From Chiloscyllium plagiosum (lineage: Eukaryota): a DNA stretch of 64,000 nucleotides. Below are positions 51,901 through 64,000 of the stretch, one piece after another (within the stretch, counting starts at the first letter, position 1; each line of letters opens with the position of its first letter). A model generated the notes under the pieces. The model saw only the letters and a list, made by a program, of their open reading frames with translations. It ran no database searches and was not told the DNA's origin. Made by a program: the position numbers and the translations under genes. The stretch covers positions 1,177,133 through 1,241,132 of the forward strand of contig NC_057737.1 in the NCBI RefSeq assembly GCF_004010195.1. The letters run 5' to 3'.

Positions 51901-54900
51901 ATACCACAATAGTTTGTGCAATCCTTGAGTGAACCTGCCCCTCCCCCCACACTTTCTCACAGTACACTCCAGACCCTAACCCCTCGAGTGAACCTCCCTC
52001 CCCCCACACTCTCAGACAGTGCACTCCAGACCCTAACCCCTTGAGTGAACCTGCCCCTCCCCCCACACTCTCAGACAGTACATTCCAGACCCTAACTCCT
52101 CGAGTGAACCCGCCTCACCCCCACATTCTCAGACAGTACATTCCAGACCCCAGACAGTACATTCCAGACCCTAACCCTTCGAGTGAACCTCCCCCTCCCC
52201 CTCACTCTCAGACAGTACACTCCAGACCCTAACCCCTAGAGTGAACCTCCCCCTCCCCCACACTCTCATACAGTAAATACCAGACCCTAACCCCTCAAGT
52301 GAACCTCTCCCCCCAACACTGACAGTGCATTCCAGATCCTAACCCGAGTGAACCTGTCTCCCTCCACACACTCAGATAGTACACTCCAGACCTTAACCCC
52401 TCTAGTGAATCTCCCCCCCCCACACCCTCACAGTACACTCGATCCTAACCCCTCAAGTGAACCTGCCCCCCACACTCTCAGACAGTACACTCCAAATCCT
52501 AACCTTTCAAGTGAACCTGCCTCCCCAAGGGGTTATGGTCTGGAGTGTACTGTCTGAGAGTGTGGGGGAAGGCAGGATCACTCCAGTTTAAGGATGGTCT
52601 GTATTGCTGTGACTCCAAAACTGATCCAGCCCCTCTCAATCCTACTCCTTCAGAAGTGGAGCCTGTTGGAGAGGGTTCATGTTATCCACAATGATACTAG
52701 AGAGAGGGGGAGGAGGTGTGTGTTTGGAACAGATTGTGTAAACTGGCAGGAGCAACAGTAGGAGCTGGGAGCCTACAGGCCAGTAGCTACACACAGCACA
52801 ATCAAATACAAGCAGACTGGCCTGGGGGGGGGGGGGGGGCAGGGGGTGGGGAGGATGGGACCCTCTGCTGCGTTTGGTGAACTCACTAATGAAGAGTAGG
52901 CGTGAGGTCTGCCAGCATTCCCGTAAGCCCTGGACAAACGGATGGTGGACCTGCTTCTGGGGAGGAGAACGAGAAAGAAACATGTCCACAAATAGCTCTT
53001 GAGGCACATTCACCTTGTGGGGGTGGGGGTCGGGGTGGGGGTTGGGCAAGTCCAGCTGAAGCATCAGCAGGATGCTCCGACAGGAGTTACAGGGTGGGAG
53101 CAAGGATCACAGGGGCAGCAGGAGATGGGTTAGAGAACCTCAGCTTTTACAAAAGTAATTCAGCTCATTCTGGGAGCTCCAAATGGTCCCCAACCTTCCT
53201 GGGGGGGACACAGTTCTAGTGTTCCAGTCTGCTTTGTGAGCATATATTAGGGGGACATTTACAAGTGATTAGAGTTTTAGTTAGTTGCGTTATTTGTGCC
53301 AATGGTTTATATCTGTTTGTTTGTAGCTATAGTCGAATTGCTCATTATAAATTATAATTCTTATTGCGTACAGAAACTTGGTCTGTCTTGCTATCAAGCT
53401 TGGACTGAATGTTACGTAAATTGGGGAACAGTGCATATCTTTTACAAAAACCTAACTTCTGGTATGACGCTGGGAACAGCCTGGTTACATTTACAGTTTG
53501 TCACTGCAATCAGATGTAACAGAGGGATGAACGGTGTGGTGGGGAACTAGATGGGAACAGAGCGAGGTGCTGTAAGGTGGAAAAGTGATGAGATCCAAAT
53601 GCAGAAAGAGGGAGTGATGATGATGACGTGATCAGTTTATCTACAGTGTGCACTACGTACAGGATGCTCTGCAGAAATTCACTAGGGCTTCTTAAACAGC
53701 ACCTTCCAAACACATGACCACTTCCATCTAGAAGGACAAGGGGCAGCAGATACATGGGAACACCACCCCCTGCAAGTTCCCCTCCCAAGCCCCTCACCGT
53801 CCTGACTTGGAAATATATCGCCGTTCCTTCACTGTTGCTGGGTCAAAGTCCGGGAATTCCCTCCCTAAGTACATTGTGGGTCAACCTACAGCACATGGAC
53901 TGCAGCGGTTCAAGAAGGCAGCTGACCCCCACCTTCTCAAGGGGCAACTAGGGACAGGGTAATAAATGCTGGGCCCAGCCAGTGACACCCACATCCCAGA
54001 AGTGAACGAAAGAGTTGCCCAGCCAGTCCTCCCCCACCCCATCCCCTCGCTTCCCTCAATCATGGGAGTAGCCACTGCTGTGTGGAGGAGATACAGACCG
54101 TGGGGGGGTGGGGGGGGCAGTACAGGGAGTGGGAGTGGGGACAGTGTGGTGACCCGGTGTGGGGTTGGGGGGGGGGGGTAGGTGGTGAAGAGGGGTTGCG
54201 GATGCAGGTGGGGGGGGTTTGAGGGGCAATGCCGTACACACTGATTGGACGAGGCCTCCTTACCTGAAGAGTGACTCCCTCTTTACACTGCTGCAGCATT
54301 TGCTGTCGAAGTATTTCTGTCTTCAGCAGTACCTGTGGGGAAAGCACAGCTTACAGGGTGACCGAGAACAAAAACATCATTCATTACATCGAGACCACAT
54401 CTGAAACAATCAATCCACAGCAGACTGTGACTAAAGTCAGTGAAAAGTTTCAACATGCAATCCATCCCGGTTCCAGAACTGTTAAACTCATTCCAAAACC
54501 AAATCAGGAGGCTGGAGTGAGTCACTGCACACAAGGACACTTCAAGGGTGAAGGACATCATACAGACTGTGTAGAGGGCGCTTTACTCTGTATCTAACCC
54601 TATGTTGTGCAAGTCTTGGGAGTGTTTGATAAGGGGAGCTTTACTCTGTATCTAACCCCGTGCTGTCCCTGTCCTGGGAGTGTGAGATGGGGGACAGTGT
54701 AAAGGGAGCTTTACTCTGTATCTAACCCCGTGCTGTCCCTTTCCGGGGAGTGTTTGATGGGGGACAGTGTAGAGAGAGCTTTACTCTGTATCTAACCCCA
54801 TGCTGTCCCTGTCCTGGGAGTGTTTGATGGGGACAGTGTAGAGCGAGCTTTACTCTGTATCTAACCCCGTGCTGACCCTGTCCTGGGAGTGTGTGATGGA

Positions 54901-57900
54901 GGACAGTGTAGCGGGAGCTTTACTCTGTATCTAACCCCGTGCTGTCCCTGTCCTGGGAGTGGTTGATGTAGAGGGAGGTTTACTCTGTGTCTAACCCGGT
55001 GCTGTCCCTGTCCTGGGAGTGGTTGATGTAGAGGGAGGTTTACTCTGTGTCTAACCCCGTGCTGTCCCTGTCCTGGGGGGGTTACCATAGAATCCCTAGT
55101 GTGGGGACAGGCCATTTGACCCAAGAAGGCCACGACAACCCTCTGAAGAGCAACTCTCCCAGACCTGTTTCCCTACCCAATTACTCTACATATCCCCTGA
55201 CCAATGCGCCTAACCTACACATCCCAGAACACTACGGGCAATTTAGCACGGCCAATTCACCTGAGCTGCACATCTTTGGACTGTGGTAGGAAACCGGAGC
55301 ACCTGGAGGAAACCCACGCAGGATGTGCAAACTTCACACAGCCCGTCGCTCAAGGCAGGTATCAAACCCGGGTCCCTGGTGCTGGGAGGCAGCAGTGCTA
55401 ACCACTGTGCCGCCCAGTCGTTTATATAAACCACAATGCCAAGGTCCCCAGCCTCAATGCTGTGGGACCCCGATGTGTTTAATACTGTTGTATGAACCTG
55501 TATCGATAATTACCTTGAGAGCGTAGGTCTGCTCATCGGTCCTTTTACAGACTTTCAGAATCGGTCCAATGGAGCCTTTGGTGATGAGCTCAATGTCCTG
55601 AGCAGGAGAGACACAAACAACATTTAGTGACCCAGAGTGTCTGATGCCATCTTGTGGAGGGGTTGGAAACTGGGAGCTGCACATCGGTTTGGATTGAATT
55701 TCTTTTCAAAACTGGAAATTTCCCTCAAGTCGAACTCTGTTGTTGATGACTGATTGATAAGTGATCAACTGCCCAATTGATCAATAATGCCATCATGCTT
55801 GTAACATTTCAATATACAAAACTCAAGAAGCCTGACACTACTGGGACAAACCAGCCTGCTGACTGGCAGGCATCACATTCCTGATGAAGGGCTTATGCCT
55901 GAAACATCAATCTCCTGCTCCTTGGGTGCTACCTGACTGGCTGTGCTTTTCCAGCACCGCACTATTTGCATCTGATTGGCTCCTTCAACAGTCAGTACCT
56001 GTGCAACAAACACACCGGAGCAGCAGCGTGAACTATCTACACAACGTACTGCAGCAGTTCCCCACAGTTCCTATTACAACTTATGGAAATTGCAGTCAGA
56101 GAATTGATTCATTTTTGATGTATTTGGGTAAATAAAATGATCCCAGAACTGGGAGAGCATCTAGTGGCCAGAGCTTGAAACTACACCGTGATGTTTACAC
56201 CCCATATATCTCGTGTAAAAGTCATCCCTAATATATCGTATTATAAACCTCTTACAAAGGAAACTGCATATTCCCATTATCCCACTTAAATGAAATACCA
56301 TTCATTCATTCATTCATATCGGTAACTCTACTCATTGCCCTCTGTTTACTATTATTGCATCTCTATTCATTCACTCATAACTCTACTTAGGCCACTTGGC
56401 TCACGACAACATTCATTCATTCAGACCGGTACTAAGTCTATTTGTACCTAGCGCATTTTATTCACTATACATCCAAGAATTAATATCATTCACAAGTTAA
56501 TCATTTTAATTGTGCCATTATATCTGAATTAAGGAGAAATATATTAGTTACATGTATCTTTAATTCTTTAAACAAATTTGTTAACGTTGCTGAGGTTCAT
56601 AACAAAAGAGAGGAAATGGGAGGGAAACGGAAGAACTTGGCTGGAAAGTTTAAGACGCTTACACATTCAGATTTTAATAAATGTCTCATTTTAAGTGTGC
56701 CATTATACCAGGCCGTGACCATGTTGAAGAGTGTGATTTTTACAGGATTTCAATGAATCTTTGACATGTTCAATTTTCATTCCGGTGTGTATAAATAACA
56801 TTTACTCCCAGTAATGTATAAATATATAAATGTATAAATAACATTTACTCCCAGTAATGTATAAATATATAAATAAAGGTATAAATAACATTTACTCCCA
56901 GTAATGTATAAATATATAAATGTATAAATAAAGGTATAAATAACATTTACTCCCAGTAACCCACTCCGGTTTCTCTTGGTTTACATCTGGTTTACACCTT
57001 TACCGTAATTTACAGAGGTACCTCGATTATCTGAAGGACAAGGGCGGGGATTATTTTGTTCGGATAATCGAATTCCGGATAACACAGTTGAGCCGAGATT
57101 CGGAACCTTGTAATCTTGCCAGATAACACGATATTTGGTTAATCGAAGTTCCTCTGCATTGTGTTTTTCTTCTTTACCTGGGATTAGTTATGCGATCAAA
57201 TTGACTTCTGGTAACAATATGGTATTTCAAGCATGAATTTCAGACCCTCAAAACTAGTGCCCAGGTATTAGTTGACCCTATAAATTGAACCTTTAAATGC
57301 TGTAATTGTACCAGCCTCCACCACTTCCTCTGGCAGCTCATTCCACACACGCACCACCCTCTGTGCAAAGAGGTTGCCTCTTAGGTCTCTTATAAATCTT
57401 TCCCCTCTCATCCTAAACTTATGCCCTCTGGTTTGGAACTCCCCTACCTGAGAGAAAATATTCACACTACCCATGCCCCTCTTTTTTTTTCAGTCTCTTT
57501 TTCACCAAAACCTCAATTTCTCTAGTCATCCAGCATTCTCTACACCTACCAGCCTGGCCCTTCACCCTAACAGGAGCATTTTGCCTCTGGCCTCTTGTTA
57601 TCTCATTTTTGAAGGCTCCCCGTTTCCCAACCTTGCTACAATTTAGAACTTTAACTTTTTGATAGAAAAGTTAAATGGAATTTATTTCCACAGGAAGTTA
57701 CAATGATGATTGGTCTGGATATGTGACCACAAATCATGTCAAAGGGAATTTTGTTCAAGCAGTTTGTTTAATAAAAACAGAAAGACATTGAGAGACACGG
57801 TTTTCTTCCCTAAAAAGACAAAAACTTTGATCAATATAATTTTGAGTAAATATTATTAAACTGCAGACAAAGCTGATAGGAGGTTTGAAATCTTCATGGA

Positions 57901-59719
57901 AAGATACCTGGAATTCCTGCTCCAGCCGCTGTGATCGGAAGGTGAATACTGGAAAGAAGAGAGAGATGAATTGGGGGAACGGCCACTCCGTGTTTCTGGA
58001 GATGTTGGACTGGGCCCGATCCCTGAGGATCTTCCGTGGTAGTGCAGACTTCTTCTGAGCTCTTTGAAACATGTCCAGGGGGCACAGGCTGGACAGGGAG
58101 GAACCCACTCTGGACAAAACGCTCTTCCATTTTGAGATGGACGCACAATTTTCAGTGGCACTCCCTCCCTACAATGTGAACCAGTGAGAAACAGAGGTGA
58201 TGGGAGTTAGGGAAATGGACAGACCATACTAACTCTCAGAGAGGAAGACTGTAAGTCACCAGACAGTCAATAACAGCAAAGTACTGTGGATGTTGGAAGC
58301 TGGACATTCTTCACCCTGCAGCAATTAATGTTTTGATTTCAGCTAAATTACAGACTCAGTAAGCAGTGAGGAAGCATAAGGGATATTGTTGTTTATTTAC
58401 AGCAATAAAGAAGTTTTGCTGCAAATGCACATGGATTTGTTGGAATTGCAGATGTGTTCTCTTCCTGTGGTTTCACACACACCAACTTCTGCAAACTGTG
58501 GAAGTTTATTAAAGCTTGTACAAGATAGGTGACCCCCCCCAAGCACACTAGGTTGAGTCAAAGTGAGGCTCTGAACACAGAAAACACATCACCTTTATAT
58601 AGATCAGGTGCAATGCTTGCAGATGCTCTGGCCACTCCACTACAGTCACATGCCACTTAAGACAACCCCCGTCACTCAGTCACATGTTACTCCAGGGACA
58701 ATGTCAGGATGAGATCATATTCCGAGATAATGCAAATGCTAATGTGCTAATCCTGGAGAACACTTATGCAGGAGATTTCCTGATTCAGTAACCAAGAGAG
58801 AAAATACTGGAAAATCTCAGCAGGTCTGGCAGCATCAGTAAAGAGAGAAAAGAGCCGACGTTTTGAGTCTAACTGACCCTGGTTTCAGATTCCAGCATCC
58901 GCAGTAATTTGCTTTTATTCCTGATTCAGTGCTTTCCCAAGACAATACAGGTGTGACATACCCCTGGCCAGAAAGCAACACATTTTTAAGCTCTGATCTC
59001 CAGCATCTGCAGTCCTCACTTTCTCCCAGAAAGCACTTCTGAATGGAAGAGATTGAATTGATAGTTTAACTTGACAATAGCAGGGGAGTAACGTCTAAAT
59101 GAAATGTAAATTACAATGGATACCTATCCGCATTCTCTCATGGCTTTCACCCCCACCCAAAGACAATGCATTAATATTACATTACTGTCCAGAGAGATAG
59201 TCCCATTTAACCTTATATCATTACAGATGGAACATGATCTCAGGATAAAAAGGGCAGCCACTTCAGGTGGGGATGAAAAGGGGACAGGGTCACAGGAAGA
59301 AGGTTCTGGGGGCGATAGCGGGACTACCCTGACAAAGAGCCAGCACCAGCACGTCGGGCAGAACCGCCGCAGCCCATAATGGGGGGCGGGGCCATTGGTC
59401 TGGGCGGGGTCTTCGAGGATGTGGGCGGGGCTTGGGACATATGGGCAGGACCGACAGGGTGTGGGCGGGGCCCGGTTGGGTAACGGAGGGGCCAATCAGG
59501 GAGGAGGGGCCAATCAGGGAGGTGGCGTGGCCAATCAGGGGGAGGGGCCAATTAGGGGGAGGGGCCAATCAGGGAGGAGGGGCCAATCAGGGAGGTGGCG
59601 TGGCCAATCAGGGGCGGAGCCAAGATGTGGAGGGCCGTCCTGTCGGGAGCCGGGGTCTCTCACCGGAGGGTTGGGGGGAATCGACCGCTTACCCGGGCCG
59701 CAGTCCGTCCACTGGCCAT
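44489..59719 (-). CDS. RSKR: Ribosomal protein S6 kinase-related protein (SGK494), AGC kinase; last exon not seen, first exon uncertain
   Basis: Exons 57908-58168 (...[13 protein letters not shown]...), 55514-55597 ([12 protein letters not shown]...YALK), 54264-54332, 52887-52956 (HPFV), 49353-49460 (VRVFAAEL), 48277-48317 (HRDVK), 47422-47449 (MENVLL), 45837-45926 (LKLTDFG...TICGTMQYM), 45216-45304 (APEV...ADWWSLG), 44489-44602 (FPVEP...). All GT-AG and phase-consistent. Probable exon 1 ends at the CGG|GTAAGC donor at 59693, with in-frame ATGs at 59719 and up to 60055. Confidence 0.92.
45590..45780. repeat. (CCAGGC/CCAGGCC)n simple repeat
   Basis: Directly visible 6-7 bp tandem units in an RSKR intron. 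Confidence 0.9.
47655..48185 (-). mobile_element. Copy of the LINE 3' segment seen at 2730-3250
   Basis: Near-identical text such as gagaaggtgggggtgagctgccttcttgaaccgctgcagtccatgtgctgtg. Confidence 0.8.
48582..49285. repeat. 33-bp minisatellite spanning an assembly gap
   Basis: Unit cagcactgaccctccgacagtgcggcgctccct on both sides of the Ns at 48611-49005. Confidence 0.88.
50380..50675 (+). mobile_element. CR1 LINE 3' end
   Basis: gtatggaatgagctgccagaggaagtggtggaggctgg... shared with other CR1 ends in the window. Confidence 0.8.
51925..52545. repeat. About 58-bp minisatellite
   Basis: Unit gagtgaacctcccctcccccacactctcagacagtacactccagaccctaacccctc. Confidence 0.85.
53640..54000 (+). mobile_element. 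Copy of the same LINE 3' segment, opposite orientation
   Basis: Reverse complement of 47655-47990. Confidence 0.78.
54565..55075. repeat. About 69-bp dispersed minisatellite family
   Basis: Unit gagctttactctgtatctaaccccgtgctgtccctgtcctgggagtgtttgatggggacagtgtagagg; also at about 10035-10250 and, inverted, 20680-20940. Confidence 0.9.
55087..55415 (-). mobile_element. HE1-type SINE
   Basis: Reverse complement of the same tRNA-like head, core and gggattctatg tail. Confidence 0.82.
56790..56958. repeat. AT-rich tandem repeat
   Basis: ataaataacatttactcccagtaatgtataaatat repeated about 4 times. Confidence 0.85.
57013..57156. mobile_element. Tigger/pogo-like MITE
   Basis: Imperfect TIRs cagaggtacctcgattatc ... 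gttaatcgaagttcctctg, with TA on the left flank. Confidence 0.55.
57290..57480 (-). mobile_element. CR1 LINE fragment
   Basis: [34 protein letters not shown]. Confidence 0.8.
59380..59620. promoter_or_regulatory. CCAAT-box and GC-box cluster in the CpG-rich 5' region of RSKR
   Basis: CCAAT at 59492, 59510, 59531, 59548, 59565, 59583 and 59604 (mostly GGCCAATCAG) plus several GGGCGG. Confidence 0.6.
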
Positions 59720-59794
59720 CACCCGGGTCCCCCCGACCGCGGGTTTCTCACATAACCCGCATCGGAGAGCCCTGAATCTAGGCCGGGCGCCGAT

Positions 59795-59990
59795 AACCTT
59801 CCCGCTGCACGCTGGAGGACCTGTATCCCGCTGCACGCTGGGATGCTGGAGGACCAGTCTCCCACTGCACGCTGGGATGCTGGAGGACCAGTCTCCCGCA
59901 GCACGCTGGGATGCTGGAGGACCAGTCTCCCGCAGCACGTTGGGATGCTGGAGGACCAGTCTCCCACTGCACGCTGGGATACTGGAGGAC
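59795..59990. repeat. 34-bp tandem repeat in the putative RSKR first exon
   Basis: ctggagg recurs at 59812, 59846, 59880, 59914, 59948 and 59982. Confidence 0.9.
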
Positions 59991-61234
59991 TCAGGTGTTG
60001 CTGCAGGACGGGTCATGTGATGAAACGTACAGGTTTTAAGAGGGACGAACTGCATTTTGGTGGCGCCGTCGTCACTAACAGGATGTCTCAAAATATTGTT
60101 TCTACTTACGGAGGTTTTGAAGTGGAGTCACCGGAAATTCAAACACAAATAAATGCACAGAAAGATCCCGCTGTGATAAATAAGCAGGAAATCTATGTTA
60201 GTGTTTGGGAAGCGTCACCCTATTCTTCACAGGGACAAAATAAGGCCATTCAGCCCATTGAATCTGTGCTATCAGTGATTACGACCATGTCTGGTCTGAT
60301 TATGCCTTCAATCTGTAGGTCATAATGTTGACAAATCCATCCTACAATACTGTATCATCAATGACTCACTGCCCTCTAGGGTAGAAAGCTCCAAAGATCA
60401 GTGACCCACTAAGAGAAAAAAACACTCTTTCTCATCTCCATTTCAAACGGGAGGCTTGTTATTTTTTAATGGAGGCCCTTTGAACTAGATTCCTCAAAGA
60501 GGGGGAAACATCTTCTCCGCATCATCCCTACCAGGTCCCCTACAATAGATTGCCTCTCATCGTTCTGAGCTCCACTCAATAAAAACCCAACCTTCTCACC
60601 TTTCGTCAGAGGACAAACACTTCCTTGCAGGAATCCAGAAAGTTAACCTTCTCTTCACTATATCTTATGGGTGGCTATCCCTCCTATACACAGAACTTCA
60701 GCTCCCGTCCTACCTCTGCCCTGTACGTTTGTAGCAAGACTTCTCAGTAGTACTTTTGTGTCCAACTGCCATAATAAAAGTCAAAGTTAAAAACCACACA
60801 ACACCAGGTTATAGTCTAACAGGTTTATTTAGAAGTACATGTTTTTGGAGTGCTGTTCCTTTGTTCACCATTCCATCTACCTTCCTATTGACTTGTTGGA
60901 CCTGCATACTAATTTTAATTATTCATGCACAAGCACTTAGCAGCCTCCTTCATTAAAATAATCTGCAAAATTTCAATTACTGCCAAAATTAACAATTTTG
61001 ATTTTTCACATTGTGCACTATCTAATATTGTGTCAACTCAATTAATCAATTCTTTGCAGGTGCTTTGTATCCTCTTCACAACTTGCTTTCCTACCTATTG
61101 GCAATTTATCAACAATGCAATCAAGGTAACAGGGACTAATCCTTGCGATATTCCACTTGATTCAGTTTCCCATCTTAAAAGTGATCATTTTGTCCTGTTT
61201 CTTATTGGTTGCTTCAGACTAATGTATATAACTT

Positions 61235-61700
61235 CCCTCACACACTGACCCTCTCTGGGGTACAGTCACAGACTCTCACTGGGATACAGTCCCTCACACA
61301 TACTGATTCTCACTGGAGAACAGTCCCGCACACACTGATTCACTAGCGTACAGTCCTGCACATACTGACCCTCGCTAGGGTACAGTCCCACATGCACTGA
61401 CCCTCACTGGGGGTGCAGGATCCCACACATACTGACCCTCACTGGGGAGTGGGGTCCCACACACACTGACCCTCACTGGGGAGTGGGGTCCCACACACAC
61501 TGACCCTCACTGGGGCGTGGGGTCCCACACACACTGACCCTCACTGGGGCGTGGGGTCCCACACACACACACACTGACCCTCACTGGGGCACAGTCCCAT
61601 ACACACTGACTCTTACTGGGATATGGTGGCACACATGACTGGCTCTCACTGTTGTACAGCTCCCACACACACCGACTCTCACAGGGGTACAGGGTCCCAT
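61235..61700. repeat. About 32-bp minisatellite
   Basis: Unit cacacactgaccctcactggggagtggggtcc. Confidence 0.85.
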
Positions 61701-64000
61701 ACATTGTGAATAGGGTTGCTGACCTTCTAATCTGATATTGTGTGAATGGAAGATGGCCTAAACTCTGGAAATAAATGATGGTAATATAGGTTACGAGTGA
61801 ATGGTAGAGATCAGCACAAACAGTGGGAATATGGTTTGACAAGTTAGCAATTTCTAAACAAATGCTCCGTGCTGTTCGGTATCTGATATCAATCTGAGAT
61901 GAATCTCACTGCCTTAGGCTCCTCTCAATAATCCAGCAGCTCCTTTATTACAAATGTGATTGTCTGTCCAAGCCTCTTCAATGTCCTGTGGTCAAATACA
62001 AATCTTCCTGTCTTTCATTACTTAAAAGTTTAATAATTATGCTTTCCAAACTGAAATTTTTTTACATATGATTTCTGTTAGTATAGGTGCCAGAGTATGC
62101 CACCTCTGTGTGAATGGATTTATCTTCACCTCAATGTGCTACTGACAACTTGCAATTGATATCTCTTGAAGTCCTTTGACTGGAGAAAATGGCTTTTCGT
62201 TCTTTGCTGTTCATCAAAATCCAAAGTAATTTAAATCTCCTCTCAGCTTTTCCTGCTGCAATAGAAATAGGCTACAGAATCTCAGAACGGGTCCAGCACA
62301 GCCAGCAACTCAGCCCATCATCTTGGTGGTCACTTCCTGTATCGCCTCAAAAACTCCGCAAATTCTTCCTTTTCAGATTATATCAAATTCCCTTTGGAAA
62401 GCCTTTCAGGCAGCATGTTCCACTGAAAACATTTATCCTTGTAACACCATTACTTAAATTGTCAATTAACTTAAATCTGTGCCTACTCATTGTTGATCCT
62501 TCTGCTAGTGTGATCAGCTTTGTCCAAACCCTCCATGATATCTGTCAAATGAATCTCCTCTCAACTTTCTCTGAGGAAAACTTCTAACTTGAGCAGAAAA
62601 GTTCTAACTTCTGAAGTTCTCTGTGTAACTGAAGCTACTCATCCCTGGACTCCTTCTTGTGAATCTTTTCTGCACTCTCTCTAATGTCCTCACATCTTTC
62701 CTGAAGTGGTGCCTGAAACAGGACACTGTGCTGCAACCGAGGCTGGACCGGTGTTTTATCCAGCTTTAATATCATCACAGTTTACCCATATCAGGCCTTG
62801 ATTCCCATTAAGCTTGTATTTGTTTGAACTAGGCTCATTCTGTTAAAATTGACCAGGCTAATGCAAGCAATTACAGGTGTAAGCACAAATTAAATTGTTT
62901 TCAAATTGAGTTTGCATGATTTTCTTCACTAATTTGAAGGTAAATCATCACAAATGTGGAATCTCTCGTTGTTCATAAGACTTGCCAATTGAGAAAATGA
63001 GATTTCTGCAGTTGTGTTCATCTGTAACTGTTCCTGAAGACCATCTTCACAGTAACCTTTACTGTTATGTTAAAGACACTTCTGAACACAGTACAAAACA
63101 TTTTCCACAATGGCAAACATTTACTTTACAAAGATATATACCAACGAAATGGTTCGATATAGCTCTGTGAAGTCATAGAGTAATACAGCATGGAAACAAA
63201 CCCCTTCGGAGAAAGTGAGGACTGCAGATGCTGGAGATCAGAGCTGAAAANNNNNNNNNNNNNNNNNNNNNNNNNNNNNNNNNNNNNNNNNNNNNNNNNN
63301 NNNNNNNNNNNNNNNNNNNNNNNNNNNNNNNNNNNNNNNNNNNNNNNNNNNNNNNNNNNNNNNNNNNNNNNNNNNNNNNNNNNNNNNNNNNNNNNNNNNN
63401 NNNNNNNNNNNNNNNNNNNNNNNNNNNNNNNNNNNNNNNNNNNNNNNNNNNNNNNNNNNNNNNNNNNNNNNNNNNNNNNNNNNNNNNNNNNNNNNNNNNN
63501 NNNNNNNNNNNNNNNNNNNNNNNNNNNNNNNNNNNNNNNNNNNNNNNNNNNNNNNNNNNNNNNNNNNNNNNNNNNNNNNNNNNNNNNNNNNNNNNNNNNN
63601 NNNNNNNNNNNNNNNNNNNNNNNNNNNNNNNNNNNNNNNNNNNNNNNNNNNNNNNNNNNNNNNNNNNNNNNNNNNNNNNNNNNNNNNNNNNNNNNNNNNN
63701 NGGGAGGTGTGGGCGCAAGTTTTGCATTTCTTGCGGTTGCAGGGGAAGGTGCCGGGAGTGGAGGTTGGGTTGGTGGGGGGTGTGGACCTGACGAGGGAGT
63801 CACAGAGGGAGTGGTCTTTTCGGAACGCTGATATGGGAGGGGAGGGAAATATATCCCTGGTGGTGGGGTCCTTTGCCCTATTGGATCAGGTAGCAGTTAA
63901 GATTCCATATTACTGTGGAATCAGACTGACGTGAAACATACAGCAGGAGTAGGCCATTCGGACCTTCAAGCCTGCTGCACCATTCAATATGTTCATGGCT

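Noticed and set aside
43515-63831. Long ORFs containing X runs
   Set aside because: Artefacts of reading through N gaps.

Overview
Eukaryotic, intron-rich vertebrate DNA; the repeat content (HE1-type SINEs, many CR1 LINEs, Penelope fragments) points to a cartilaginous fish (shark). I reconstructed four protein-coding loci by hand from GT-AG exons: a 3-exon rhodanese-domain gene (- strand, 7311-12239), complete MED31 (+, 18342-22143), the last three coding exons of an SLC13A5-like Na+/carboxylate transporter (-, 30175-41285) and most of the AGC kinase RSKR/SGK494 (-, 44489 to about 60055; last exon not seen). A near-identical inverted duplication (1-2286 vs 26858-29425, running off the left edge) brackets the rhodanese + MED31 block. 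A 1.5-kb 39-bp GC-rich VNTR sits just upstream of MED31. Five N-gaps are present, and the 500-N gap at 43617-44116 separates two incomplete genes. No prokaryotic systems, CRISPR arrays or rRNA were found. All homology calls are from recalled sequences, not database searches.
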